DNA of 32,807 nucleotides from Clostridia bacterium. Its GTDB lineage: Bacteria; Bacillota; Clostridia; HGM11514. The position numbers and the translations under genes are program-made. Under the pieces are notes generated by a model. The model did no database searches. It saw only the letters and a list, made by a program, of their open reading frames with translations, and was not told the DNA's origin. Positions 1 to 9,009 of this stretch are shown here, piece after piece. The stretch spans positions 1-32,807 of the forward strand of contig JAZNAU010000053.1 of NCBI GenBank assembly GCA_045586685.1, written 5' to 3'. The first letter of the stretch is position 1, and each line of letters opens with the position of its first letter.

Positions 1-1
1 T

Positions 2-529
2 GATAAAGTCCAACCTGAAGATGTAAAAAGTATTTATGAAGGTCATGAAGTGGCAGTGCATACACTGAACCACCCAAATCTGACCGCTATTGAAGACGAT
101 AAAGAAATCATCCGTCAGGTAGAGGAGGACAGAATGAATCTGTCCCGTTTGGTAGGCTATGAAGTTGTGGGAATGGCATATCCTTGCGGTGGCGTGAATA
201 ATGATGACAGGGTTTCGAAATTGATTCGGGAAAATACAGGAGTCAAATATGCCAGAACCATTACCTCTACCTTGACCTTTGACCCTCAATTTAATCTCTA
301 TCTGTTTAATCCCACATGCGGGCATGGCGATTGGACACAGATGTATGAGCTGGCAGAAAAGTTTTTATCAATGAAAGCAGAAACTCCTCAGATTTTTTAT
401 CTTTGGGGACACAGCTATGAATTTGATATTTACGACAGTTGGGATGAATTAGAAGAATTTTATCAATTTATCAGCGGAAAGGCTGATGTGTTCTACGGAA
501 CAAACAAGGAAATTTTATTGCAGAAATGA
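2..529 (+). CDS. Polysaccharide deacetylase (NodB/CE4 family), 5'-truncated by the window edge
   Basis: Frame is open from base 2 (DKVQPEDVKSIYEGHEVAVHTLNHPNL). Motifs GHEVAxHTxxHxxL, AYPxG and WGHSYEF match clostridial CE4 deacetylases. Confidence 0.8.
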   Translation, partial: DKVQPEDVKSIYEGHEVAVHTLNHPNLTAIEDDKEIIRQVEEDRMNLSRLVGYEVVGMAYPCGGVNNDDRVSKLIRENTGVKYARTITSTLTFDPQFNLYLFNPTCGHGDWTQMYELAEKFLSMKAETPQIFYLWGHSYEFDIYDSWDELEEFYQFISGKADVFYGTNKEILLQK

Positions 530-587
530 AGAGACTGTATCAAAATGCAAATGTTGCTGACCTTTACTTTGTCAGCCAAACAAAAAT

Positions 588-625
588 AACCGTCGGAAAA
601 ACAGAAAGTTTTTCCGACGGTTTTG
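588..625. terminator. Probable bidirectional intrinsic terminator
   Basis: Perfect 15-bp inverted repeat AACCGTCGGAAAAAC / GTTTTTCCGACGGTT between convergent genes. Confidence 0.8.
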
Positions 626-677
626 TGTAAGCACTTATGAAAGCTCCTCTCCTTGCTCCGAGGGATAGGCTTTTAAA

Positions 678-1355
678 TTATAGCCCAATAATATCATCCA
701 CAGGCATTGAAAGGACAATGGCACGGCATTCGGTTTCAATCCCTGCCTCTTTTGTAATGGCCTCCATGATTCCTTTACACTGTGACCGTTCTGCTAAAAT
801 TGCAATCACATCCTTTTCAGGCTGAATGGTAAAGCCAAAGAAATTTTCTCCGTCTTCAAAGCCTGCCCGCCTTGCATGGAACAGAGTTCCGCCCCGTGCA
901 CCGGCTCCTTTTGCAGCCTTCATCACAGTATCATAGTTATCACGAGTGCAAATGGCTAAAATCAGTTTGTATTGGGTTTTGTTATCCAAAGTAATCGCCT
1001 CAATTTCTTTCATATTTTCCGGTTTGCAAAGTACCTGAGGAATTCGTGCGCTGACGGAGGAAAGGGGAATGGTAAACATAATTCCATGTCCCGGTTTTTC
1101 CAACTGGAACTGCTGGGAAGCTTTGGTCAGCAACATGGGAATTTTGGAAACAGGTGCCATAGAAATAACAACATCCTTTTCGTTGTTTTCCAAACCCAGA
1201 TAATCCAGCACCTCTGAGGATGCAGTTCCCCGACCCAAAGTAATATAATCATAATACAAATTCTGAGAACGGAACAGATTGACCAATTTACTGCCTTCGT
1301 CACGCTTCAAAATACTGATAATCAGCTTGATCCGATCCAAAGGATAGTTTATCAT
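678..1355 (-). CDS. Tandem P-II-like domain protein (DUF1538-associated)
   Basis: Two P-II-like repeats (GRGTA..EKDVV..PGHGIMFTIP and GARGGT..EKDVI..AIVLSMPV); 4-bp overlap with the upstream membrane protein gene. Confidence 0.75.
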   Translation of the reverse strand: MINYPLDRIKLIISILKRDEGSKLVNLFRSQNLYYDYITLGRGTASSEVLDYLGLENNEKDVVISMAPVSKIPMLLTKASQQFQLEKPGHGIMFTIPLSSVSARIPQVLCKPENMKEIEAITLDNKTQYKLILAICTRDNYDTVMKAAKGAGARGGTLFHARRAGFEDGENFFGFTIQPEKDVIAILAERSQCKGIMEAITKEAGIETECRAIVLSMPVDDIIGL

Positions 1356-2884
1356 AACAGTTCCTCCTCATCATAATCAATAATTTCATCTGTAATAATA
1401 GACATTTCTGCAGGGGTAATGTCGGTTGCGGTTTTTAATTTACGGTTATACAAAAGCCCTAAAAACTGAATAGTAATCAGTGGTGTCATGGCAACCATTG
1501 CAATGATACCGAATGCATCGGTCAGCACATTGCCCCCCGGAATGCTTTCGCAAGCACCCATGGCAAAGGGAAGTAAAAAGGTTGCCGTCATAGGTCCGCT
1601 GGCTACACCGCCTGAGTCAAAGGCGATGGCAGTAAAAACCTTGGGAACAAAAAAGCTCAAACCCAAGGCCAAAGCATATCCGGGAATTAAAAACCAGTAA
1701 ATAGAAATGCCGTAAACAACACGAATCATGGCAAGTCCCAAAGAAAAGCCCACGCCTAAAGATAAACTGGTCATCATTGCTTTTTGGGGAATTGCACCGG
1801 CGGTCAGTTCTTCAACCTGCTTGTTCAGCACATGAACTGCCGGTTCTGCCACAACGATAAAGTATCCCATAATAATGCCTAAAGGAATCAAAAACCAACG
1901 CTGTTCCATGGCACCGATTTGTCCACCCAAAGCATGACCTGCGGGCATAAATCCTACGTTTACTCCGGTTAAAAACAGCACTAATCCAAAATATGTATAA
2001 ACCGTTCCAATTAACACCTTAATTTTACTGCGACGGCTCATGTGTTCTTTTGACATTAGCCGAATAAGTGCAAAAAAGACCATAATGGGAAGAAGTCCCA
2101 TAGCCACATCCTTAATATATTCAGGAAATCCTTCTAAAAACTGATGTCCTGCTTCTCTGGAATCAAACACAACAGGAATAGAAAAGGGTTCGTATACAAT
2201 TTCAGTGGTACTCATCATCAACCCTAAAATCATAATGGCAAGAATAGGACCGATACTGCATAATGCAATCAAACCGAAATTGTTTTCTTCCGAACTGTCT
2301 TTTTTAGTAGAGGCAATACCGATTCCCAGTGCCATAATAAAGGGAACGGTAATGGGACCTGTGGTGACACCGCCTGAATCAAAGGCAACAGCCAAAAATT
2401 CTTTTGGGACAAAAAAGGAGAGCAGAAATACCAAGGGGTAACAAATGAAAAGAAGTTTTTGCAACGAAAATCCGAACATTTCCCGAAGCATAGAAATGAC
2501 CAGAAACAATCCTACTCCTGCCGCAACTGTAAAAATAATCATTTGATCCGGCACTGCGGGGACCTGCTTGGCAAGAACCTGTAAATCCGGCTCAGCAATG
2601 GTAATGGCAGCGCCGATACAAAAGCAGAGAAACAACATAAATGCCGAATTTTTCAGGGCTGACAGGCTTCTGCCGGCTTCGTTTCCCATGGGCATCATTG
2701 CAAGATCTGCTCCCAGAGAAAACAGTCCCATCCCCACAATCAACAGGATAGCACCCAGCAAAAATAATACCATAGTACCGCTGGATAGGGGGGTAACGGT
2801 AAAACTTAGTAACAATACAATAACAGTAATGGGCAGCACGGAGGATAAGGATTCTTTAATTTTTTCTTTTAGCTGAGATTTCAA
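1352..2884 (-). CDS. DUF1538 family integral membrane protein with two repeats
   Basis: Two copies of AEP..VL and AFDSGGV(T/A)(T/S)GP(I/M)T; many hydrophobic segments; TTG start with AGGAGG RBS. Confidence 0.85.
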   Translation of the reverse strand: MKSQLKEKIKESLSSVLPITVIVLLLSFTVTPLSSGTMVLFLLGAILLIVGMGLFSLGADLAMMPMGNEAGRSLSALKNSAFMLFLCFCIGAAITIAEPDLQVLAKQVPAVPDQMIIFTVAAGVGLFLVISMLREMFGFSLQKLLFICYPLVFLLSFFVPKEFLAVAFDSGGVTTGPITVPFIMALGIGIASTKKDSSEENNFGLIALCSIGPILAIMILGLMMSTTEIVYEPFSIPVVFDSREAGHQFLEGFPEYIKDVAMGLLPIMVFFALIRLMSKEHMSRRSKIKVLIGTVYTYFGLVLFLTGVNVGFMPAGHALGGQIGAMEQRWFLIPLGIIMGYFIVVAEPAVHVLNKQVEELTAGAIPQKAMMTSLSLGVGFSLGLAMIRVVYGISIYWFLIPGYALALGLSFFVPKVFTAIAFDSGGVASGPMTATFLLPFAMGACESIPGGNVLTDAFGIIAMVAMTPLITIQFLGLLYNRKLKTATDITPAEMSIITDEIIDYDEEELL

Positions 2885-2907
2885 AACAAAACTCCTCCTT
2901 GCTTTTT

Positions 2908-2941
2908 ATAAAGACAGGGTCGATGTGGGAATCGACCCTGT
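2908..2941 (-). terminator. Hairpin downstream of metK (probable terminator)
   Basis: 11-bp stem ACAGGGTCGAT / ATCGACCCTGT followed by CTTTAT on the minus strand (weak U tract). Confidence 0.6.
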
Positions 2942-2959
2942 TACAGGTTATGAAACAAA

Positions 2960-4117
2960 TTATGGATTCATGACCCAATCTACCTTTTCCCAAGGCAAAT
3001 CAAGGTCTGCACGGCCAAAATGACCGTATGCTGCTGTTTGCTTATAAATAGGACGACGAAGACCGAATCGTTCGATGATAGCAGAGGGACGGAAGTCCAT
3101 ATTTTCTTCTATGGCACGGTAAATGGTTTCCATAGGAACCTGATTGGTACCGAAGGTTTCTACCAGAACAGACACAGGCTTTGCCACACCGATGGCGTAA
3201 GCAAGCTGAATTTCACATTTTTTTGCCAATCCCGCCGCAACAATGTTTTTTGCCGTATAACGGGCAGCATAGCAAGCAGAACGGTCAACCTTTGTGGGGT
3301 CCTTTCCGGAGAAGGCGCCGCCACCGTGACGGGCATATCCGCCATAGGTGTCAACAATAATTTTTCTGCCTGTAAGCCCCGAATCTCCTTGGGGACCGCC
3401 CACAACAAAGCTACCTGTGGGGTTGACATATAATTTTGTTTCCTCATCCATCAAACTTTTCGGAACAATGGGATCGATTACGTGCTTTTTAATGTCTTCA
3501 CGAATTTGCTCCTGAGTGACATCAGGGTTGTGTTGAGTGGAAACAACAATGGTGTCCACTCTTGCAGGAATGCCATCGTGATATTCAATGGTAACCTGTG
3601 TTTTTCCGTCCGGTCTCAGATAGGAAACAGTGTTGTTTTTTCGAACATTGGTAAGCTGTAGCGCAAGCTTGTGAGCCAGAGAAATGGGCAGAGGCATAAG
3701 CTCCGGTGTTTCGTCACAGGCAAATCCAAACATCATACCCTGATCTCCAGCACCCAACTGCTGGGTACCGTCTTCTTTAGATTCCAATGATTTGTTTACA
3801 CCCAGTGCTATATCAGGAGACTGGGCGTCAATGGTGGTAAGCACTGCACAGGTATTTCCGTCAAACCCGAAAGAAGGGTTGTTGTATCCAATTTCGTTAA
3901 TGGTATTTCTTGCAATCTGGGCAATATCAGCATAACAGGAAGTGGAAATTTCGCCCATAACCAGTACCATACCGGTGGTGGCAGTGGTTTCACAGGCAAC
4001 ACGTGCCTGAGGATCTTGTTCTAAAATTGCGTCCAGAACAGCATCAGAAATCTGGTCGCACACTTTATCTGGATGACCTTCGGTCACTGATTCAGAAGTA
4101 AAAAAAGTTTTTGTCAT
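2960..4117 (-). CDS. metK: S-adenosylmethionine synthetase
   Basis: [35 protein letters not shown] signatures. Confidence 0.99.
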   Translation of the reverse strand: MTKTFFTSESVTEGHPDKVCDQISDAVLDAILEQDPQARVACETTATTGMVLVMGEISTSCYADIAQIARNTINEIGYNNPSFGFDGNTCAVLTTIDAQSPDIALGVNKSLESKEDGTQQLGAGDQGMMFGFACDETPELMPLPISLAHKLALQLTNVRKNNTVSYLRPDGKTQVTIEYHDGIPARVDTIVVSTQHNPDVTQEQIREDIKKHVIDPIVPKSLMDEETKLYVNPTGSFVVGGPQGDSGLTGRKIIVDTYGGYARHGGGAFSGKDPTKVDRSACYAARYTAKNIVAAGLAKKCEIQLAYAIGVAKPVSVLVETFGTNQVPMETIYRAIEENMDFRPSAIIERFGLRRPIYKQTAAYGHFGRADLDLPWEKVDWVMNP

Positions 4118-4162
4118 TGGTCTTTCATCCTTTCTCTTTCCTTTCGGAAATTCTTCTTATTT

Positions 4163-4191
4163 ATTATATCGATTTTTTTGCCATTTGTCAA
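4163..4191 (-). promoter_or_regulatory. sigma-A promoter of metK
   Basis: TTGACA-N17-TATAAT on the minus strand (4191-4186; 4168-4163). Confidence 0.85.
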
Positions 4192-4250
4192 GACGACAGC
4201 ACATTTTTTCGAGATTCTTTTCATACAGATAGAAAAAAGGGGGATTTGAA

Positions 4251-5255
4251 ATGACCTATCTTGTAAAGACAATGAGCGAAACTCTTGAATTTTTCTATGA
4301 TGAAAAGAGGGGGATTTGTTATCGGAATGAATATTCGGATACGGTGCATCTTTTGACGGATGAGGCAGAGGGAGAAATGGATGTATGTTGCGAAGAGAAT
4401 TTGCATCTTGTTTGCCAGAGCAAAAAGGGAGAATTGCTTTATTTTTGTTATCGAATGGGACAGTGGCACAGACGGGTGTTGTTAAACAGCAAACGGGAAG
4501 AACCCTGTTTTTTCAACCTAAGACTGTGGGGAGAGAAAAAGGGGATTCGTCTTTTTTATGGATTGGAGCATCAAGGAGAAAATCTGCTTGTGTGCCAGCC
4601 CTTGGACGGGACTCCGCAACCTCTTGCCAAAATCAGTGAAAAAAGATTTTTACTGCGAAAGGACAGTGCAGGGTGTCTGTATCTGATTTACCGCCAAGGG
4701 GAGGAAAGCTTTTTTCAGTGCTATCGGTACGGGAATTGGACTAATGCCAAATCCTTAGGAAGGGGGCGGATTTCCGACGCTTTGTTTACCCGTCCTCAAA
4801 CGGCACATCTGGCAATTACGGAACATGGGAATCTGTTTTACGCTTCTTTGGTGGAAGGAGAAATCAAAGAAAAAATTCCTGTTACAAGGGGGGAGTTTGA
4901 GCCTGTTCTTTTGTATTATGAAAACAGTCTTTGGATGCTGTACGAAAATCGGGGACGGGTGTTTTACTGGAAAAAAGGAGAAAAAAGTCCGGTTGCCATG
5001 ATAACAGGGAGCAGTCCGGAGCTATTTCATCTGCGGGTGGCAGAAGGCAGAGAGCTTGCCCGCCGTGCTTATGGATGCCGTCGTCAAAATCAAATCAATC
5101 TGTTTTTGTGCTCAAAAATTCCGGAAGAAACCGAACAAAACAGCTTTTCTGATGATTGCATAATTGAACTGACAAAGCTGAAGTTACGGCTGGATTCTTT
5201 GGAGGATACGGTAAGAAAAATGCAAAATAAACTAATAATTCCGCCTGAAAAATGA
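4251..5255 (+). CDS. Hypothetical protein (beta-rich repeats, C-terminal coiled coil)
   Basis: 334-aa ORF with a GGGGG RBS-like tract; no family recognised; C-terminal ELTKLKLRLDSLEDTVRKMQ heptad pattern. Confidence 0.7.
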   Translation: MTYLVKTMSETLEFFYDEKRGICYRNEYSDTVHLLTDEAEGEMDVCCEENLHLVCQSKKGELLYFCYRMGQWHRRVLLNSKREEPCFFNLRLWGEKKGIRLFYGLEHQGENLLVCQPLDGTPQPLAKISEKRFLLRKDSAGCLYLIYRQGEESFFQCYRYGNWTNAKSLGRGRISDALFTRPQTAHLAITEHGNLFYASLVEGEIKEKIPVTRGEFEPVLLYYENSLWMLYENRGRVFYWKKGEKSPVAMITGSSPELFHLRVAEGRELARRAYGCRRQNQINLFLCSKIPEETEQNSFSDDCIIELTKLKLRLDSLEDTVRKMQNKLIIPPEK

Positions 5256-5340
5256 GAGGCTTTATCCGTTGGTATTGAATTTTATATTCTGCATATATTA
5301 CTAAATGAATAAAAATTTTTATGAAAATAAAAAAAGAGGT

Positions 5341-5368
5341 TTGAAAATCCAAAAAAGTATGATATAAT
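5341..5368 (+). promoter_or_regulatory. sigma-A promoter of the yitT-tkt-ruvX operon
   Basis: TTGAAA-N16-TATAAT with TG extension. Confidence 0.7.
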
Positions 5369-5388
5369 AGAAAAAGGATTGATAAGCA

Positions 5389-6237
5389 ATGAATCTGAAG
5401 GGAAACAAGAACAAGACTGTTTTGGAGTATTGTTTCATTACCGCCGGCGTTTTTATTATGGCGTTGGGACTGAACCTGTTTTTGATTCCCCGTAAAATTT
5501 CAACGGGCGGGGTCAGCGGTTTGGCAATGGTACTTCATCATCTGACGGGGTTGGGAACGGGCTGGTTTGTACTGTTGCTGAATATTCCCTTGTTTTTATA
5601 CGGATATGGACGGTTGGGAAGGAACTTTGTGCTTCGTTCCGGATTGGCAACGGCCTTGTTGTCCTTGTTTTTAGAATTAACCGCAACCCTTGCTCCTGCC
5701 ACGGAGGACGGTCTCCTTTCCGCTCTTTACGGAGGGCTGTTGGCAGGAGGTGGTATGGGATTGGTGTTTCGCTGTGATGCATCAACAGGAGGAACCGATT
5801 TAATTGCTATGGGACTTCGCCGAAAAAGTGCGTTTAGCATAGGTACCTTGGTCATGTTGCTTGATGCTTGTATTGTACTGCTGTCAGTTGTGGTTTTTTG
5901 GGATATTTCTCTGGGGCTTTATGCTCTTGTGGCACTGGCAGTAGGAGGCAAGGTGGTGGATTATCTGGAGGAAGGACCCAAACTTGCCCGTGCGGTGTTT
6001 ATTATTTCGGACAAGCAAAAAGAGATTGCTCAAAAATTATTATATGAAATGAAGCGCGGTGTGACGGCGCTTGACGGGGCCGGAATGTTTTCCGGGAACC
6101 AAAAACAGGTTTTGCTTTGCGTGATTCCCAAACGGGAGGTTATGCATATGAAACATATTGTACAACAAACCGATCCAAAAGCCTTTGTGATTATTACCGA
6201 TGCAAAGGAGGTTTTGGGAGAAGGGTTTCAAGAATAA
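5389..6237 (+). CDS. YitT family membrane protein
   Basis: TGGVSG, NIPLF, STGGTD, RGVT, DPKAFV..EVLGEGF motifs. Confidence 0.93.
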   Translation: MNLKGNKNKTVLEYCFITAGVFIMALGLNLFLIPRKISTGGVSGLAMVLHHLTGLGTGWFVLLLNIPLFLYGYGRLGRNFVLRSGLATALLSLFLELTATLAPATEDGLLSALYGGLLAGGGMGLVFRCDASTGGTDLIAMGLRRKSAFSIGTLVMLLDACIVLLSVVVFWDISLGLYALVALAVGGKVVDYLEEGPKLARAVFIISDKQKEIAQKLLYEMKRGVTALDGAGMFSGNQKQVLLCVIPKREVMHMKHIVQQTDPKAFVIITDAKEVLGEGFQE

Positions 6238-6249
6238 GGAGGTATTGTT

Positions 6250-7071
6250 ATGGATTGCAGTAAGATTGCAACCAAAATCCGCAAGCACATAGTAGAAGGG
6301 GTTTATCAGGCAGCATCCGGTCATCCGGGTGGTTCCCTGTCTATTGCTGATATTCTTACGGTGCTGTATTTTGAAGAAATGAAGGTAGATCCAAAAAATC
6401 CAAAATGGGAAGGTCGGGACCGTTTCGTTTTGTCCAAGGGGCATTGTGCACCCGCCCTTTACGGTGCATTGGCAGAGCGGGGATTTTTTCCTGCAGAAGA
6501 TGTGAAAACGCTTCGTAAGACGGGCAGTTACTTACAGGGCCATCCTGATATGAAGGGTGTGCCCGGTGTGGATATGTCCACAGGGTCTTTAGGACAAGGA
6601 ATCTGTGCTGCTAACGGCATGGCATTGGCGGCAAAGCTGGACAATAAAAGCTACCGTGTGTACAGCATTTTAGGGGACGGCGAGCTGGAAGAAGGTCAGG
6701 TATGGGAGGCGGCCATGTTTGCTTCTCACTACAAGCTTGACAATCTTTGTGCGTTTGTAGATTTGAATGGTCTGCAGATTGACGGAAAAACAGAAGATGT
6801 GATGTCGCCCAACCCCGTTGATGAAAAGTTCAAGGCATTTGGTTGGAATGTCATTTGCATTGATGCTCACGATTTTGACCAGATTCGGTCTGCTCTGGCA
6901 GAGGCGAGAGAGGTCAAGGGAAAACCTACCATGATTGTTGCAAAGAGCATCAAGGGAAAAGGTGTTTCCTTTATGGAAAATCAAGTAGGCTGGCATGGTA
7001 CTGCACCCAAGAAGGAAGAATACGAACAGGCGATGAAGGAATTGAATGCCGCCTTGGAAGGAGGAAATTAA
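6250..7071 (+). CDS. tktA: Transketolase, N-terminal (TPP-binding) subunit
   Basis: SGHPGGSLS, RDRFVLSKGH, LQGHP, STGSLGQG, GDGELEEGQVWEA. Confidence 0.96.
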   Translation: MDCSKIATKIRKHIVEGVYQAASGHPGGSLSIADILTVLYFEEMKVDPKNPKWEGRDRFVLSKGHCAPALYGALAERGFFPAEDVKTLRKTGSYLQGHPDMKGVPGVDMSTGSLGQGICAANGMALAAKLDNKSYRVYSILGDGELEEGQVWEAAMFASHYKLDNLCAFVDLNGLQIDGKTEDVMSPNPVDEKFKAFGWNVICIDAHDFDQIRSALAEAREVKGKPTMIVAKSIKGKGVSFMENQVGWHGTAPKKEEYEQAMKELNAALEGGN

Positions 7072-7072
7072 G

Positions 7073-8014
7073 ATGTCCGAAAAAATTGCAACCAGACAAG
7101 CATATGGAAATGCTTTGGCAGAATTCGGTGCTGACCCGAACATTATCGTAATGGATGCGGATCTTTCCAAATCCACCAATACGGCAACCTTCAAAAAACA
7201 GTATCCCGAACGATTTATCAATGCAGGAATTGCAGAAGCAAGTATGATGACGACAGCTGCCGGCTTGGCAGCCAGCGGGAAAACGGTGTTTGCAAGCTCT
7301 TTTGCCATGTTTGCTGCAGGGAGAGCCTTTGAACAGGTGAGAAATTCCATTGCCTATCCGCAGTTAAATGTAAAAATTGGAGCAACTCATGCGGGAATTA
7401 CGATAGGGGAAGACGGCGCAAGCCATCAGTGTTTAGAGGATATCGCTCTTATGCGTGCCCTTCCCGGAATGGTGATTTTAAATCCTGCGGATGCCACGGA
7501 AACCAGAGCGGCAGTCAAAGCAGCAATCGAGCATCAAGGACCTGTTTACTTAAGATTAGGACGTTTGGCCCTTCCCCAACTGTTTGATCAGGACCCCAAC
7601 TACAAATTTGAATTGGGCAAGGGAATTACACTATCCGACGGTTCTGACGTTACCATCATTGCCACCGGTCTTATGGTATTTGAAGCACTACAGGCTGCGG
7701 AATTGTTGAAGGAACAGGGTGTCAGTGCAAGAGTGATTAACATTCATACCATTAAGCCTTTGGATACCGAATTGATTGTAAAAGCGGCAAAGGAAACAGG
7801 CTGTATTGTGACAGCTGAAGAACATAATGTCATTGGCGGATTGGGCAGTGCGGTTGCGGAAGCTTTGTCGGAAAACTTTCCTGTTCCCATGAAACGGATT
7901 GGAGTTCAGGATGAGTTTGGCTGTTCGGGAAAAGCTACGGAACTGTTGGAACTGTATCATATGACAGCCAAGGATATTGCGGCAGCTGCTTTGGATGTGA
8001 AAGCAAAAAAATGA
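7073..8014 (+). CDS. tktB: Transketolase, C-terminal subunit
   Basis: DADLSKST, GIAEA, GEDGASHQ, EEHNVIGGLG; start moved to ATG 7073 after AGGAGG. Confidence 0.95.
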   Translation: MSEKIATRQAYGNALAEFGADPNIIVMDADLSKSTNTATFKKQYPERFINAGIAEASMMTTAAGLAASGKTVFASSFAMFAAGRAFEQVRNSIAYPQLNVKIGATHAGITIGEDGASHQCLEDIALMRALPGMVILNPADATETRAAVKAAIEHQGPVYLRLGRLALPQLFDQDPNYKFELGKGITLSDGSDVTIIATGLMVFEALQAAELLKEQGVSARVINIHTIKPLDTELIVKAAKETGCIVTAEEHNVIGGLGSAVAEALSENFPVPMKRIGVQDEFGCSGKATELLELYHMTAKDIAAAALDVKAKK

Positions 8015-8421
8015 GAATATTAGGAATTGATTATGGTGATGCGAGGGTGGGATTGGCTCTTTCCGATCCCTTTGGTTGGACAGCAAAGCCACTTCCTCAC
8101 CTGAAGGGCGGTAATCCCGTAAAGCTTGTAAAGGAACTGCAAGGACTGATTGGGGAGAATGGTGTGGAAAAAATCGTGTTGGGATTCCCTAAAAACATGA
8201 ACGGCACCATCGGCCCCAGAGGAGAGATGACCAGGGAGTTAGCCACACTTTTGGAAGAAAAAACTCAGTTGCCTGTGGTGTTGTGGGATGAACGGTTGAC
8301 CACGGTCTCTGCCACACAGATTATGAATCAAACCAATGTCCGGGGGAAGAAGAGAAAGGAGCAGATTGACTCTCTTTCTGCGGTTTTGATTCTGGAAACA
8401 TATCTGAGGACACAGGCATAA
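8011..8421 (+). CDS. ruvX: YqgF/RuvX family nuclease
   Basis: RILGIDYG, WDERLTT, IDSLSAVLILETYL; ATGA overlap with the upstream gene. Confidence 0.95.
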   Translation: MRILGIDYGDARVGLALSDPFGWTAKPLPHLKGGNPVKLVKELQGLIGENGVEKIVLGFPKNMNGTIGPRGEMTRELATLLEEKTQLPVVLWDERLTTVSATQIMNQTNVRGKKRKEQIDSLSAVLILETYLRTQA

Positions 8422-8451
8422 AAACGGAACCTTTTTGGGAAGAAATTTCTA

Positions 8452-8480
8452 TTGACTATTTTGCAGATTTGGGGTACAAT
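8452..8480 (+). promoter_or_regulatory. sigma-A promoter of the DUF1292 gene
   Basis: TTGACT-N17-TACAAT. Confidence 0.7.
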
Positions 8481-8499
8481 ATTATAGGAGGTGCAAACC

Positions 8500-8775
8500 A
8501 TGGATGAAGAATTGATTGTATTGTATGATGAAGAAGGCACGGAGCAATCCTTTGCCTACTTGGATACCATTGAAATGAACGGATTTACCTATCTGGCGCT
8601 GACTCCTGTTTATGAAGAAGAGGATGAAAGCGAGGATACAGAGGTGGTCTTTATGAAGTTGACACAGGACGAGGAAAATCCCAACGAGGATTTGCTTCTG
8701 ATTGTGGATGACGACGAGGAACTGGATACTGTATTTGCGGAATTTACCCGCAGAATTGAAGAAGAGGAAGAATAA
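8500..8775 (+). CDS. DUF1292 domain protein (acidic)
   Basis: IVLYDEEG..F..LDTIE...Y..L.P pattern, very acidic, usual position after ruvX; ATG 8500 after AGGAGG. Confidence 0.88.
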   Translation: MDEELIVLYDEEGTEQSFAYLDTIEMNGFTYLALTPVYEEEDESEDTEVVFMKLTQDEENPNEDLLLIVDDDEELDTVFAEFTRRIEEEEE

Positions 8776-8803
8776 AAATCTTCTGACAAAATACATAGTA
8801 GCT

Positions 8804-8986
8804 GACCTGCTGTGTGCGTAAAACATCGGTGTAAAATTTAACCAACAAAAATGATAAGGGAATCTTGACTCCGTCTGCGGCGTAAATGCCCCCCATTATT
8901 GGCCAGGGGACTTATAATGCAGACGGGCGGATACCCACCTGCGAAAGCAGGTTAAATTTTTCCGATATAAAACGGCACGGCGGGTT
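8804..8986 (+). ncRNA. ssrS: 6S RNA
   Basis: ~180-nt rod: closing stem ACCTGCTGTG / CACGGCGGGT, ATCGG / CCGAT, inner CCGTCTGC / GCAGACGG, A-rich central bubble, and the Firmicute-type ACCCACCTGC-GAAA-GCAGGTT element. Confidence 0.85.
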
Positions 8987-9009
8987 TTGTTATTTTTAGG
9001 AGGAATTTC

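Noticed and set aside
6670-7350. Long antisense ORFs (also 9259-9993, 29688-30335, 31665-32270)
   Set aside because: Shadow frames opposite well-supported genes, with no RBS or recognisable motifs.
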